Shown piece by piece: positions 26,685 to 39,585 of a stretch of DNA of 64,000 nucleotides (positions are counted from its first letter, which is position 1; each line of letters begins with the position of its first letter). The notes beneath the pieces were generated by a model. It was given only the letters and a program-made list of their open reading frames with translations, was not told the DNA's origin and did no database searches. The stretch covers positions 18,538,001-18,602,000 of the forward strand of contig JAQFVV010000006.1 of NCBI GenBank assembly GCA_028023455.1. Direction: 5' to 3'. Made by a program: the position numbers and the translations under genes. This DNA comes from Epiperipatus broadwayi. Its lineage: Eukaryota; Animalia; Onychophora.

Positions 26685-26903
26685 TAAATCATCCATGCAT
26701 TTTACTACTGTTACACAATACTTTATTTACCACCCTCTTTTACAGTTTCGATTGTCCTAGCAGTCTTCTTCAGAACTCATAGCTCTCAACTTCAAATTAG
26801 GAGATATAAGAGTTCTGAAGAAGATTGCTGGGGCAATTGAAACTGTAAAAGAGAGTGGTAAATAAAGCATTGTGTAACAGTAGTAAAGTGTGTGGATGAT
26901 TTA
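26685..26903. repeat. Fold-back element (~95-bp arms) carrying an HHR-like motif on each strand
   Basis: Arms are about 26685-26778 and 26810-26903. Plus strand CTGAAGA-A-GATTG-CTGGGG-CAATT-GAAAC-T-GTA (26815-26847); minus-strand copy at 26741-26773. Confidence 0.8.
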
Positions 26904-28298
26904 ATATATTGTATACATTTTGCAATGTAATAAGAAAGAGTAGTTATTATAATTTTTGAAGAAAATAAAGAAAAACTAGAATTATTTGCTATTTTAATAA
27001 TATTGTCATTAAAGAAATCAGCCTTGATTCCAATAATCAATTTTTAGTATACGTTGAACTTTTTCATAATCATAATTTTACTAAAGAAACAATCAAGTAC
27101 TATTCCAAAGAAAAGATGAATATTTTTCTTTTTTAAAAAAAGCAAAGGAAAATTAAATTCAATTTAAAGTTATTAGTAGGTGTTGCCAAATCAATAGCTA
27201 CTCCTTATGATCATGAATGTTATTCTGCCTATTTGTAAAATGTTCAGCTTTGTGTATAGTAAAATATAACCTCACTTTATGATATTCCACTTTTCTAAAA
27301 CAAAATTTTACAGTATAGAAAGCATTTCTTTCAAAGATTATTTTTATAATATATCCTTTGCAGAATACGATTTCTTTTCATTTATATAAATTCAATGAAT
27401 AACATGTATAGATATCTATATCTTACTTTTCTCTGCCTAATTTTATTCAATGGTAGGGTGGTAGATTCTGGAATTTTACTCCAGTGATTGTAGCCTAGTT
27501 TTATCTCTTTCTTTTGTTCAAACTTTTTACAAATTTCCAAGCAATAAATTATTTCATTTTTTTATTTATATCTTCTTATAAATCTTTAGATATTTTTTGT
27601 TATTATGTAAAATACTTATATTCAAGATGCTTAAGGTATGATTTTGCGTAATTTTAAATAGAAGAAAACAAAATCTCCGATTTAGGAAAAACAACAATAT
27701 ACTCAATAAACCGCCAGCCAAAAGATTTGTGGTCTGCTGAAAATGCAAACCAAACATAACTAAATAAATTACAAGGAAAGAATAAAGGACAGGTAAGTTA
27801 AAAGCAAATTACAAATGTCTGCCAAAACATTTATCAAGGATTAGGAATACAAAGAGGGGGCAGCCTAGCATATAAAATAGTAACTTGCAATACACTCTCA
27901 GACAAATAAAATTTAAAAATGTGGAATCGTAAAACTAAGATTCCAATACACACTATAATAAAAAAAATACACTAAGTTTTATTGTAGTCACACACACATT
28001 GCCAATTCATGTAACATATAGCTGGAGGAATAAAAGCATTAACACTAGAATATTTTTAAACAATTATTTAATAAAGTGATTAATAATTAAAAAAATAATT
28101 TAAAAATTAGCATGATAATATGATAATTAAATTTATACATTCTTATCAAAAATATATTTTCATATAGTAAAAATGATTATTCATTTGATTTTCATTTAAT
28201 TAATTTTTGCTTTTCTTAAATTACTTCCTTTTTCATAAGTAAGAATTTAATTATGAGTAAATAAGCAAATATTTTATCCAGTGCCATGCTTGCAATTA

Positions 28299-28441
28299 TA
28301 TTTCATTCCAATATCAGCCTTTCAAGCTAATTGAGCACGCGCCTTTTGAGAGTGTTAAATAAATGAATACTATTCATTTATTTAACACTCTCAAAAGGCG
28401 CGTGCTCAGTTAGCTTGAAAGGCTGATATTGGAATGAAATA
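28299..28441. repeat. Near-perfect 143-bp palindrome (71-bp arms, 1-nt centre)
   Basis: The arms pair around C28370 with one mismatch seen; CpG is retained (CACGCGCC/GGCGCGTG). Confidence 0.92.
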
Positions 28442-31324
28442 AGTAAGAATTGAAAAACAACTTTTGGTTGTAGTCAGATAGAATGACATTTTAAATTAGC
28501 TAAACCCTTTGTATAATTTTGGAGAAAAATAAATGAAATGAATAAGGAAAAAACATGTCAAATTTAATGAAAATTAAATTACCTTAAAAAAAACATCTTT
28601 CTATAATTTTGGAAAGAAAAATTACATGAATAAAAAAAAATTCACAAGGAAATTGTTGGCTTATTAAAATTATTTATTCTTATCAGTTACTGTCCTATAA
28701 TTTTTTATCTCTACATGAGAGTATAAAGTGTAAACAAAGGCAAAAATACCCTCCTACCATGGTTGTAATTTTCTTGGGAATTTGTAGGTTTTCTTGAAGC
28801 TTCTTTTTACTTTATACAGTTCTTTTTACTTGGCAATAGAAGATTTGAGGCTAATAAACAGCAAGAATTTATCAATATTTTTCTAATAAAATTTCCAGGT
28901 CAGGCTAATAGATAGAGACACTCATGCTCTTGGTTGGATACAAAGTTTCAGATTATTTTAGAGATGCTATAGTTTTTTTTATTTTCAATGAAACAGGTTA
29001 CATGTATGAAAATGATGCTTAGCCTTTAGCTAAACTTAGTATATGGTTTTATTTGTCTTAAAAACATTTTTATAGCTTAGTCCATAGTGTGCTCTTCACA
29101 GTTAAATTATGCTGTCTTCAGCTTGTTAGAGCTTTTATCTACTATCTTCTGAAGCTGAATTAGAACTGACTGTCCTCCTCAACAACTGGATTAGGAATGC
29201 TTGTTTTTTTACAAGAGATGGGTCAGCTGATTGATCCACACTTCTATTTTTGGAACAAATCTGTCTTCAATCAATCACATTCCTGTCTCCTAGTGACAAA
29301 ATTTAATAATAACCAATTAGATAAATTTTGACAAAAGCAGTTATTCAGTTTTCCCCCCTTCAACATTGAGATTGGAAAACAAGTCAAAAACATAAAATAA
29401 AATCATAGTTTTTTTGTCATTTATTTTTAACTCACCGATCAATTGAGATGCATTGTTTCATCTTTTGACCAATTTGCCCCCTGGTGAATTTTTTTGTAAG
29501 TATTATATGTTAAAATGTGTGTAAAATGGTATATTTTATTATAATAAATTTTTTCCCAAAAAATTTTGTGCTAAAAAGTGCCAAATTCAAAATTCCTGCT
29601 CTAACAATAGACATAAGCCCATACCCTGATATGTTCATCCATTATCCATTGCCAAAGTTATAAAATGTTTGGCATTTCATGACATTGAAGTTTCCAATGA
29701 TGTAAAAATGTATTTATTTGTGAATTTAATATGGTTTAGATATTTTTTTAAAAATAATTTATACTATATTTATTAGATATCAAGAAATATAAATTATTAA
29801 TAACTTATTTTGATTTGAAATACTTGATTTTCAAAAATATAATGTTATATTAGCAGCTGATGTAAATATGGTCTGAAGCAAAATAGAAGACTAGCAATGA
29901 CATAAACAATTTATTTTATATTTACGAGTAAGAAAATATCACTATTTTGCAATAAATATTCAAAAAATTTAAACTTTTAATGCATAATTCATTAGATATA
30001 TGAGAAATGAATAATTATTCATTAGGATGTGTAAAAATAATGAGAATTAAAAAATATTTCATTGATTTTATAAACTGAAAATAATCTTTCTAGAAATGAT
30101 GATGTGTAAAGTCTTTGTTTTGATTGTGATCTCATTTTAGTAGTAAACAAAAATATCTATCAAGTGAAGTCAAATTTGTTATTTTCTGATCAGTAATAAT
30201 CATTTTATCATATATTTTATGTTGATGTGTGAGACAAGGAAAATGACAGAAAATGCTGAAAAGTAAGAGGCATTAGGCTGCATATCGAAAAGGTAACTAA
30301 TTTTTTTTTCTTGCCAAAAAGAAAATGAGATCAGATTAATTACACTGCCTTTTTCCTTTTAGAAACAGATAAAGAATACAAAAAAAAATTTCTTAATCAA
30401 AATAAAGTTTATCAAATTGTTAAAAGTTCTTTTCTTATTTAAAAAAAAAACTTTGCTCATATAAATTATCTATTTTATCTTTTAATATTAAAATTTTAAA
30501 AAAATTAAATAATTTACTGAAGAGAAAGTTTTTTCTCTCAGTAATTTTCAAAACTAAAAATTAAACTGGGAAATAGATAAATTTATTGAAGAGAGACAAC
30601 AAAAGAAATTATTTATCTGATTTTATAGTTCTCTTTTTTTTAGAACCCTTTATAACTTATAATATATTTTAAATATTAAATTATGTTTAACATGTCTGAA
30701 ATTTTGCATACTCCTATGTGATACATAAAATATTTAAATTAATTGAATGCCCATATTGGGAATATTACATATTATTTCTCCATGAATTAAATCATTCTAG
30801 ATTAAAGGAGGATGTTATCAATTATCTGTTTATTTTTTTGTACAGCAATGTAACCACATGGGAACAGTATTATTAGATTCAAATGTAAGATGAGTGTTTC
30901 ATCTATACAATTGTATATTTTAATACCCTTTTTATAGTAATTGTTAAAATTATGATATTTCTTGATAGTTAATAATGTATGCTGTATATAGGTACTCATA
31001 ATATTATTATAAAAAAGCAGGCTTTCATATTTGGTAAGATTTATATATTTAAACTTCTAGACCCCTGAATAGTAGTGCATTCTATGATGTATATATATTA
31101 TAGTAAGAGCAGTTAGTCTAATAATTTTATTACTGGTTGAATAGCTTTCAAGATTATGTTTGGGAAATTTAAAAGCATTAAGAAATAATTTAATAGGTTG
31201 CATATATACTCAGCTATGAATTGTAATATAGTTTTATAACTAGATTTTACAATAAACTTTCACAAATAATAGTCAAATGTTATCATTTGGTTATAATTTT
31301 AATTATTTTATCTGCCTTGAGTGT

Positions 31325-32135
31325 AAAACTGTGGATTAAAATGGGAAACTAAAGGAGTGAAAGTGATTGGAGATTATTTAAGTCATTTAGATTTCGCAGA
31401 TGATGTAGTTATTTTTGCAAATAAGGCTTCAGAGCTGCAGGAAATGTTGCAGGAGTTATCAGATGATGAAAGTAGGACTAAAGATAAATGTTAAAAAGAC
31501 TAAAGTAATGTTTAATCGATTTGCTCAAAATAAGAAAATAAAGATTGATTATGATGAATTAGAAGAAGTTAACAGTTACAAATACCTTGGTCAGATTATT
31601 AATACAGATGGAAACATAATGGAGTGCCTTTGGTAGAAATAACTTGATACTAAAAGGAAATATGCCTATGTGTTTGAAAAGGAAGGTTTTTAACAAATGT
31701 GTTTTACCAGTTCTTACTTATGGATCTGAGACTTGGACACTCAATAGAAGAGCAATACAGAGACTTCAGACCACTCAAAGAAGTATGGAGAGATGTATGT
31801 TGGGAGTAACAAGAAGAGATCGAAAACGCAATGTATGGGTAAGAGAACAAACAGGTGTTACTGACCTCATTGAAAAAATTAAAAGATTGAAGTGGAGTTG
31901 GGCTGGACATATTGCTAGAAGAGATGATAATAGATGGACAATTGAAATTTTAAACCGGATTCCAAGAGATTGTAAAAGACCCAGAAAGAGACCACATGTG
32001 AGATGGATGGATGAAATAAGAAAGTGTGCAGGGGTGATGTGGAGAAGAGAAGCTAAAGATTGGAGAAGATGGATTAAACTTGGAGAGACCTTCATCCTGC
32101 AGTGGATTGATAATGGTTGATAATGATGATGATAT
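31325..32135 (+). mobile_element. RTE family B, 5'-truncated copy
   Basis: DFADDV, YKYLGQII, VLPVLTYGSETW, WAGHIARRDDNRWT; ATG/GAT-repeat tail; high similarity to 17998-18560 (-). Confidence 0.92.
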
Positions 32136-32859
32136 ATATATATATGTGTGTGTGTGTGTAATGTCAAGATAAATAATATATATTTAAAAACATAAATGAA
32201 ATCTTTTTGATTATGTCCAATGATTTTTTTGTTTGTTCCATTATCTTGGCAATGGGGTGTTTGAGCATTGTATGACGTCTTATACATTTATTTATATGAT
32301 TATACATACTTATACATTAATTTATTTTAAAATGTAAATCATTGAAGTCTTTTTAATAAATCCACAAATAAAAAGCTTGAAATATTTGTTGATGCTTCTG
32401 TAAAATATCTTAAATATTATCTTTTCTGATACATTTCATATTTTTATGAAAAATATTTAGTTTTCTGACTTTTAGGTTGGTTTTTAATTTATTTTAGACT
32501 TAAATTACCCATTTTTAATTTATTTGCCAATATTAGATTCAAAGTTAGTCTTTAAAGGTGAAATCTTTTAAAACTACAAAATAAATTCCTAGATTCAAAT
32601 GTTTTTTCTCTTACAGTAGGCTGATAGTAGAATATTATGTCTTTTTTATTTATTCAGATTCTTCTTGCAAAAGGTTTTCTAATACAATACTTACCCATAA
32701 TTACAAAAGTTAAATACACATTCTACATGGTTTGGGGGAAGGGCACACTCTAGAGTGGGTTGTGATCAGATCTGTCACTTTCAGTATTCAGACTTTTTAT
32801 GAACATGTGAGGAATAAATCGTATGTCTTTTCCCCTAAGCTTATTAAAAAAGCTTGCTA

Positions 32860-33040
32860 TATATTTTTTTTTTCCATTTTCGTAATAAATATGTTTAAAT
32901 GATTTGCTGTTATGTGTTTTTGAATGGAGATTCCGCAGCTTCGGTTCTGTGAATCATGCTTTGGTCTGTTAATTCGTTCACCTGAAGTTCTTACCCTCCT
33001 AAGCAATAAAGGCATTCGATATTTTTCAGTGATTTGCACA
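32860..33040 (-). pseudogene. Possible pipsqueak-type HTH remnant of a pogo-like transposase
   Basis: ITEKYRMPLLLRRVR loosely resembles the A..Y.(V/I)P..TL.RR HTH_psq pattern; weak. Confidence 0.25.
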
Positions 33041-33990
33041 ATTTCTTAATGTCTTAATCTTTTCAGTTATTTATAGATGATAATCTTAGTTTTGATCATT
33101 AAAGCAAGTGAATTGTTAAAATTTAAATTATTTATGAAGTTCGATAATTTTTTTTTAATTATTAAATATAGATTATGAAAAAAATCATTTCTGATTAAGA
33201 AAATTACGTTTGTTAAATTTATTTATTAAAATCTTATCAAATAATTAATTTCAGAGTTATGCATTTTGACATATTTTATTTTAAAAAATTTTTAGATTTT
33301 AAAACATGTTAAGGTTCTTTAAGAGGTATTGATTTAAATTTAATAAATACGCTTATTTTAAGAATCTAATCAGTTTTTTTTTAATAAAATATAATACTGT
33401 AAACAAATGAGTGACACTTTAATTTTCATTTCATACATTTGTTATGAAAATAAAAATCATTTTAATATTTTTATTACTGCTAATTATTAGCACTATCCTT
33501 TTAGAGCAGTGAGATCAAGAGTGAAATTCAAACTTCTTTCCAATGCTCAAATGCCAAGCGACTTTCTAGCAAAATTTACCTTTCAATTTGCATTGTTCCT
33601 TTAATTCTTTTATTTTTCATAATTCATTTATGTTTATGGAAATTAGGAATGGGGTGCAGACAAAATGAAAGATTGAAATAAGCCAAAAATGAGAAGAAGA
33701 ATAAAATGCTTACATAAATGTAGGAGTGAAGATCATAAGAGGAGAAAGTTTTACATTTCCAACCCAGTTATCTCCATCATTAATAAATATCCCGAAAAGA
33801 ATTTGAAATACATTAAGATTTTATAATAAAGGTTTTTAGAGCAAATAATTAATAAAATTATTATGCTTTTTCTCACTAAATTAAAATTTATATAACAAAT
33901 GTGAAGACATATAATGAGCACTAGAATGGCGATATTGTTGCCTTGCAAAACTAAATTACCAAATTTGTTCATGGAACTCTTTCTCTCCTC

Positions 33991-34565
33991 AGCAAATACC
34001 TTGGTCAGATTATTAATACAGATGGAAACATAATGGATGAAATTAATCAAGGAATTAAACTTGGTTCGAGTGCTTTTGGTAGAAATAACTTGATACTAAA
34101 AGGAAACATGCCTATGTATTTGAAAAGGAAGGTTTTTTAATAGATGTGTTTTACCAGCTCTTACTTATGGATCTGAGATGGGGACACTTAATAGAAGAGC
34201 AATACAGAGACTTCAGACCACTCAAAGAAGTATGGAGATATGTATGTTGGGAGTAACAAGAAGAGATCAAAAATGCAATATATGGGTAAGAGAACAAACA
34301 TGTTACTGACCTCATTGAAAAAATTAAAAGACTGAAATGGAGTTGGACTGGACATATTGCTAAAAGAGATGATAATAGATGGACAACTGAAATCTTAAAC
34401 TAGATTGCAAGAGATTGTAAAAGACCCAGAAAGAGACAACATATGAGATGGATGGATGAAATAAAGTGTGCAGGGGTGATGTAGAGAAGCTAAAGATTGG
34501 AGAAGATGGATTGAACTTGGAGAGACCATCCTGCAGTGGATTGACATGGTTGATGATGATGATGA
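33991..34565 (+). mobile_element. RTE family B, 5'-truncated copy
   Basis: Colinear with 31580-32130 and ends in (GAT)n. Confidence 0.92.
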
Positions 34566-37254
34566 ATTACTTAGATCATGCATCATAAAAGCCAAATTCA
34601 AATTTTATTAATGTTGATATGAAAAAAAAAATTCAAAATGAAAGTTTGGTGAGAATATTAGAATTGTAAATGCTTTAAAATTTAATATCAATTTAGTTTG
34701 CATAATTTTCCATCTTTAACAATAAAAATGTTGTATACAATATATTCTAATTTACAAGTATTGTTATAGGTGTATATACAATGGTATTATAATTTCAGTT
34801 ATGAAAGCAAAATTTGAAATCTAATTAATGTTGACATAAAAAAAAAAAATTCAGAACAAAAGTTTGATAATAATGGCAGAAATGGAAAAACTTTAAAATA
34901 TAGGAATCACTTTGCAGTATTAGATTTTTCCATCTTTAGTGATAAAAATGTTAGATATATTCTTGTTTAAAAATATTCTCCTAATTATATACAGTAGTAA
35001 TTTTACTCAGTGCCATAAAAGACACATTTGAAACTTGATTAATTTTGATATCAAAAAATATCAACATGAAACTGGTGGCTATCTAATTGCTAATTTAAAA
35101 TGGCTATATTGATGATTGAAATACTTAATGTTAAAAATGTTACATCAAGCACCATTAACTGATTAGCAGCCACTTAAAACTTTTTAAAGTATTTAATCTT
35201 TCAGTGAAGCATCAGATATTTCTATCATTGTTTTTGAACTGACTTTGCATTAATTGCATTTGTGTGTTAGCAGTTTCTTCATTTATTATAAATTCTTTTT
35301 ATACATATATTAATTTTAATCATAAATCAGGAATAGCATCAAAAAATTGATTGACCATGAAATTGGAAAGAAATCTTTGCTTTAGAAAAAATGGTAAAAT
35401 GATTGGCAATTTAAGTTATTAATATGATATAGCTAAATCAATTCTCTGCACAATTTTAAAAAATAGAAATGAACTAAACAGATCATAGACAGCCAAAAAG
35501 ATTTCTAGTTGTTGTAATAGTGTAGAGTATTCATCAAAAGCAAGTGATAGTGTCAGTGAGGTGATTATTTGCGAAAAGACCAAACAGTTGTTTAAATAAT
35601 TGTTTTCATCGTTTTCTAATAAAATGCCATTCCTGAAAAAAGATTATTATCAGAAAAGTATAATTCCAGTGGAAGCAAGAAAAAAATTGAATTACATAAT
35701 ATTAAAAAGCATGATGAGGTTTCTAGCATAGATAGAACGCTTCTTATCATTATGAGAAAGCGAAATTATTAAATCGATGTCCGATTTATTAGGATATGTA
35801 AGTTTACAATTTAGTTTTCTGCATTTAAAAGATAAATTTCATTTTTTATTAAAATATTAACTTTTCAATATGAAGAGTAATTTTATCCCTATTTTTATGT
35901 TTATTTTTGATTTCTCCTGTTTAAGTAGTATTTGTGGGTGGTAGGGTTGATCTAGGCTATGATTATGGAACAGATTATTGTTAATAATATGTATTTTAAT
36001 ATATTCTATAACCAATCAAAATACAACAAATCATAATTTGGAATGAATTCATTTGTTAAAATTTAACAAACTACATAATATTATTTGGGCTCTGAATTTG
36101 TTCATATCTATGGTTTGGATTTTACATATTATTTTAGATATTACAAATAATGTTTGCTATCTCTATATTTTATATATATACGATTTAAAAGAAGACCAAA
36201 TTCTTTCAATCATATTATAACAGAAAAGCAATATAGTGGATTAATTATCAGTCTATTGTATATCATAATCATTCAAATCTGCATTATACTTTCTTTTTAT
36301 AGGCAATATCTATAAGATTTTTATTTTTCTATTCATTAAAATTATTTTGATTTTTAACGTTGACTTGTGTAAGATTTATTAAATTGTTTAATGCTTTATT
36401 TAAATTCTTTTTAATGAAATCAATTTACATATGAAATTTTGAAGAATCACTGCTTGAAAAACCCAGAGATAAAATACACTGATTCATGCCTACTTACTTT
36501 AGAATTAGTGTATTTTATCATAGTGTAGTCAAATCTGATGTACATAAGATTTCCATGTCACCCTTTTAAGTGGTTTTTGGAAGTTTTAAAATAATAATAT
36601 TGAGTGTTGCAGTTTGGATTGGTTCTTTAGTTTTTTAAGATTTGTGGGATTTTAGAATGCTTTTTTACACTGGTTTGAGATTTGGTTCAATATTGTACTC
36701 ATTCCACTTAATGAGCATTTCATATTTAAAATCTACAAATTAACATCATTAGATTAATCTGTTTGGTATATTCAGAGAATTCATGACCTATGTAGTTTAG
36801 TAATGTATTCAGTACTAAAAGTTTCAGAGTTGATTCTCATCTGAATAATATATATATATATATAAAATAAAACTTCAATTCAGACTAATTGCATGGAATT
36901 TTAATGCTTAATCTCTTTTTAAGATGCTCAGATATCGCATAATCCTTGCAATTAAACTATATGATTATTGATAAGTGAAGTCTTGATTAAATCTCTTTAA
37001 ATGTTCAATTTCTGTAAAAGTCACTGTTTTCATACTTTACCATTATTTTTAATAATATTTTTTAATTTTGCTAAATAACTGAAAAAAGATCAGATTATGT
37101 TTGAACTCATGGTATATTATTGAAATGTGTAACACGAGGTTTGTATAAAATTTATGATCTGATCCAATAAATATTATTTAATTATCTTAATTACTTCACA
37201 CGTAAATAGTTTATAAGAACGCATTAACCATCCAGGTTTTGTTATTTCTATAAT

Positions 37255-37380
37255 TAATGGAGTGTATACATGTAGGTCAAGAATTCTTTCCAGATTCCCT
37301 GAATTTAAGGAGACGTCGGTGGATTGTTCTGATTGTGTTTGTGGAGATCTGAAATTGCTTACTGATGTTTAAATCACGTT
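37255..37380 (-). pseudogene. Possible Tc1-like transposase N-terminal HTH remnant
   Basis: Minus strand SKQFQISTNTIRTIHRRLLKFRESG resembles Tc1 HTH (..S..T+..I.K+FRE+G). Confidence 0.3.
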
Positions 37381-37464
37381 TCAAGCATTGTCTTTTCTAA
37401 ATATCTATTTTTCTTTTTTTAACTTTTTCTTATGTCTAAAATGTAAAAGATAATGAAATGATTT

Positions 37465-37810
37465 ATAACTGAAACACAGGCTTATTATATACCTGGGTCT
37501 ATATATGTAATATATAGGGTATAGGAGCACAGATTTTCACACGACCCACCACTCTTCACACTATCTCATAAATACACTGATACACTTGAACACATGTATG
37601 TTGAAAAGATAAATAATCACCAATATACGTATTTCATGCTAAACCAGCAATCATCAGTTGGTCCAGATACCATCTCCACACATATATGCTATAAGTGCTC
37701 AGATATCTATTAAGATAGCCAATCCTCATACTTTAATGGACAGGCTTCAGTCTACTTCTCACTCCAACTGTCCATCCAATTGAAAATCTGATGATGGAAC
37801 GCTCAACTTC
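37465..37810 (+). repeat. Dispersed repeat family X (PLE terminal-repeat-like)
   Basis: Shares TTTCATGCT.AACCAGCA..CATCAGTTGGTCCAGA with 48100, 49965, 52455 and 52715 (-), and ends in GAAAATCTGATGATGG as at 52150. Confidence 0.75.
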
Positions 37811-39364
37811 AGATTTTACAAAAGATGTTTGTGAACTTCAGAATGAAACATCAGTAAATTATATCTTCTTTTGGCAAGAAAATCCATCAAAATTAAATGT
37901 TTGTAAACAATGTAAATATAAGTCGTCCATGGCCTTAAAGTAAACAACATTTAGGATGTTATATAAAAATATTTTATTTAGAATTAACTTGTTTGGTTAT
38001 CAAATTTTTTTTTTTTTAGCTTTTAATATGGATCAAAACTCAACTTGTTTTTTCATTAAAATGTTTCAAGATTTTACATGAATGGTTGTTTGGATCTAAT
38101 TTTAAAATTTAGATTAAAAAAAAAAAGCTTGATTACTACATTTATTAAACTTGATTCAGTAAAATTAATATTTTTATTCCCAAAATTTTGATTATTTGTA
38201 TTTAATTTTTCAAGGGCTTAAACAATGTAAAACATTAATATAAATATAGTATTATATAACTGAAAAATGGATAGAAGGATGCTTAGATAATATGTATTAT
38301 CAACATGTTTATAAAATTACTTAATTAAAAAAAAAAAAAGAATTATAAAAATACATTGTATATATAAAGTAGAAAAAAAAGAAGTTGTTTTCAAAGCTAG
38401 TTTTTGTAATATTGATGTTACTTGCATATTTTACTAGCATTCTTACACTTTTAAATTTAAAAAATATAGAACTGTTATTGATGAGAGAGGGTCAGAATTA
38501 AATAATTCAGTGCAGAACAGCTCTCTTCTGCATCCATCTATAAAGAGTCAGTTAAAGATAAGACAATGCTCACTAAGTCAAATTATGGTGACGAAAGTTT
38601 GTTTTTCCGTTATTGTTTTTTCTCTTGCTAAGAATAATTAAAAATCCATCTATGAATCACTAACTCAATGGCTAAATTTATTGATTTCAATTAGGCTACC
38701 TGAAAAAAAAGGCTTAAGCTTGCTTCCGACTTGAAGGAAATTTCAAATTCTATTTGGCTTTGAATCCTAGGTCATGAATGTAGCAGGAAAATTTGCTATC
38801 ACAAAACTTTTTGTATTTGTACACATATGTACATATATAGTTTTTTTACTATTATGCAAGTAGACATATATAGTCATTTTTTATTACTAAACTTCGCGTT
38901 ATGTGTTTGCATACTCTTTTATTTTCAATGTTATTCCCAGTTAATTGCTATCTGTATATTTATGGGGTTAAGATCCAGAAATTAATTACATTTTACTTGT
39001 TTTGATTTAAAATATCTATGAAATAAAGCTTCATTTTTGCATTATAACTACCTCCTTGAGAGATAAATAAATGTATTTACCCTTAAACTTGACAGAATGT
39101 TATGAATCATCTGCTTCGGGATAAAATTATTTAATGATAATAATATTTTAAGGAAGTAAATGTTTTGTTTAATCTTTAAAATTAAGTTTACATTTTTTTT
39201 TGTAGTTTTTTTTATTATAATTTTTGTTAAAATAAGATTATTTAAGACATTATCTTTGATTCTAAGATGTTATGACACTTTATATTATACTTTTTTAGTA
39301 AATAAAAAAATATATAATTTGTGCATATAGTTGAAAATGGAAAAATCGCAATTCATATAAAGGA

Positions 39365-39585
39365 CTTTATGGCATAGTGATTAGCACATTCATCGAGCTG
39401 TCCACGATCTAGGATTTAAGTTTGGGTTAGGTTAACTATGAAATTTTATTCAAGTCATAATAAGAATGGGAATTTTTCGTTCTGGTAGCCTGAATATAAA
39501 CCTGATAATCATCTAATGGTGTGTAGTAAATGAGTATCTAGCTATTTTTAGCTAGTGTTCTGGTTTGAGGTTAATTAGAATTGAT
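39365..39585 (+). mobile_element. Degenerate tRNA-derived SINE
   Basis: A-box-like TGGCATAGTG; GTAAATGAGTATCTAG.TATTTTTAGCTAG is shared with 52995-53190. Confidence 0.5.

Noticed and set aside
27640-27798. Perfect CAG|GTAAGT donor
   Set aside because: All frames are closed upstream with no usable ATG, and such hexamers are expected by chance.
28385-28430. Possible hammerhead in the 28299 palindrome
   Set aside because: No CUGANGA core, and the cleavage-site base would be G.
29080-29700. Minus-strand exon-like stretch and repeat-like sequence
   Set aside because: No consistent frame or homology and no second copy in the window; probably an unclassified TE.
33751-34050. Minus-strand ORF containing EERKSSMNKFGNLVLQGNNIAILV, resembling an Sm/LSm Sm2 motif
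   Set aside because: The 5' part is antisense RTE sequence, there is no Sm1 motif or credible splice site, and nearby residues fit a decayed transposase equally well.
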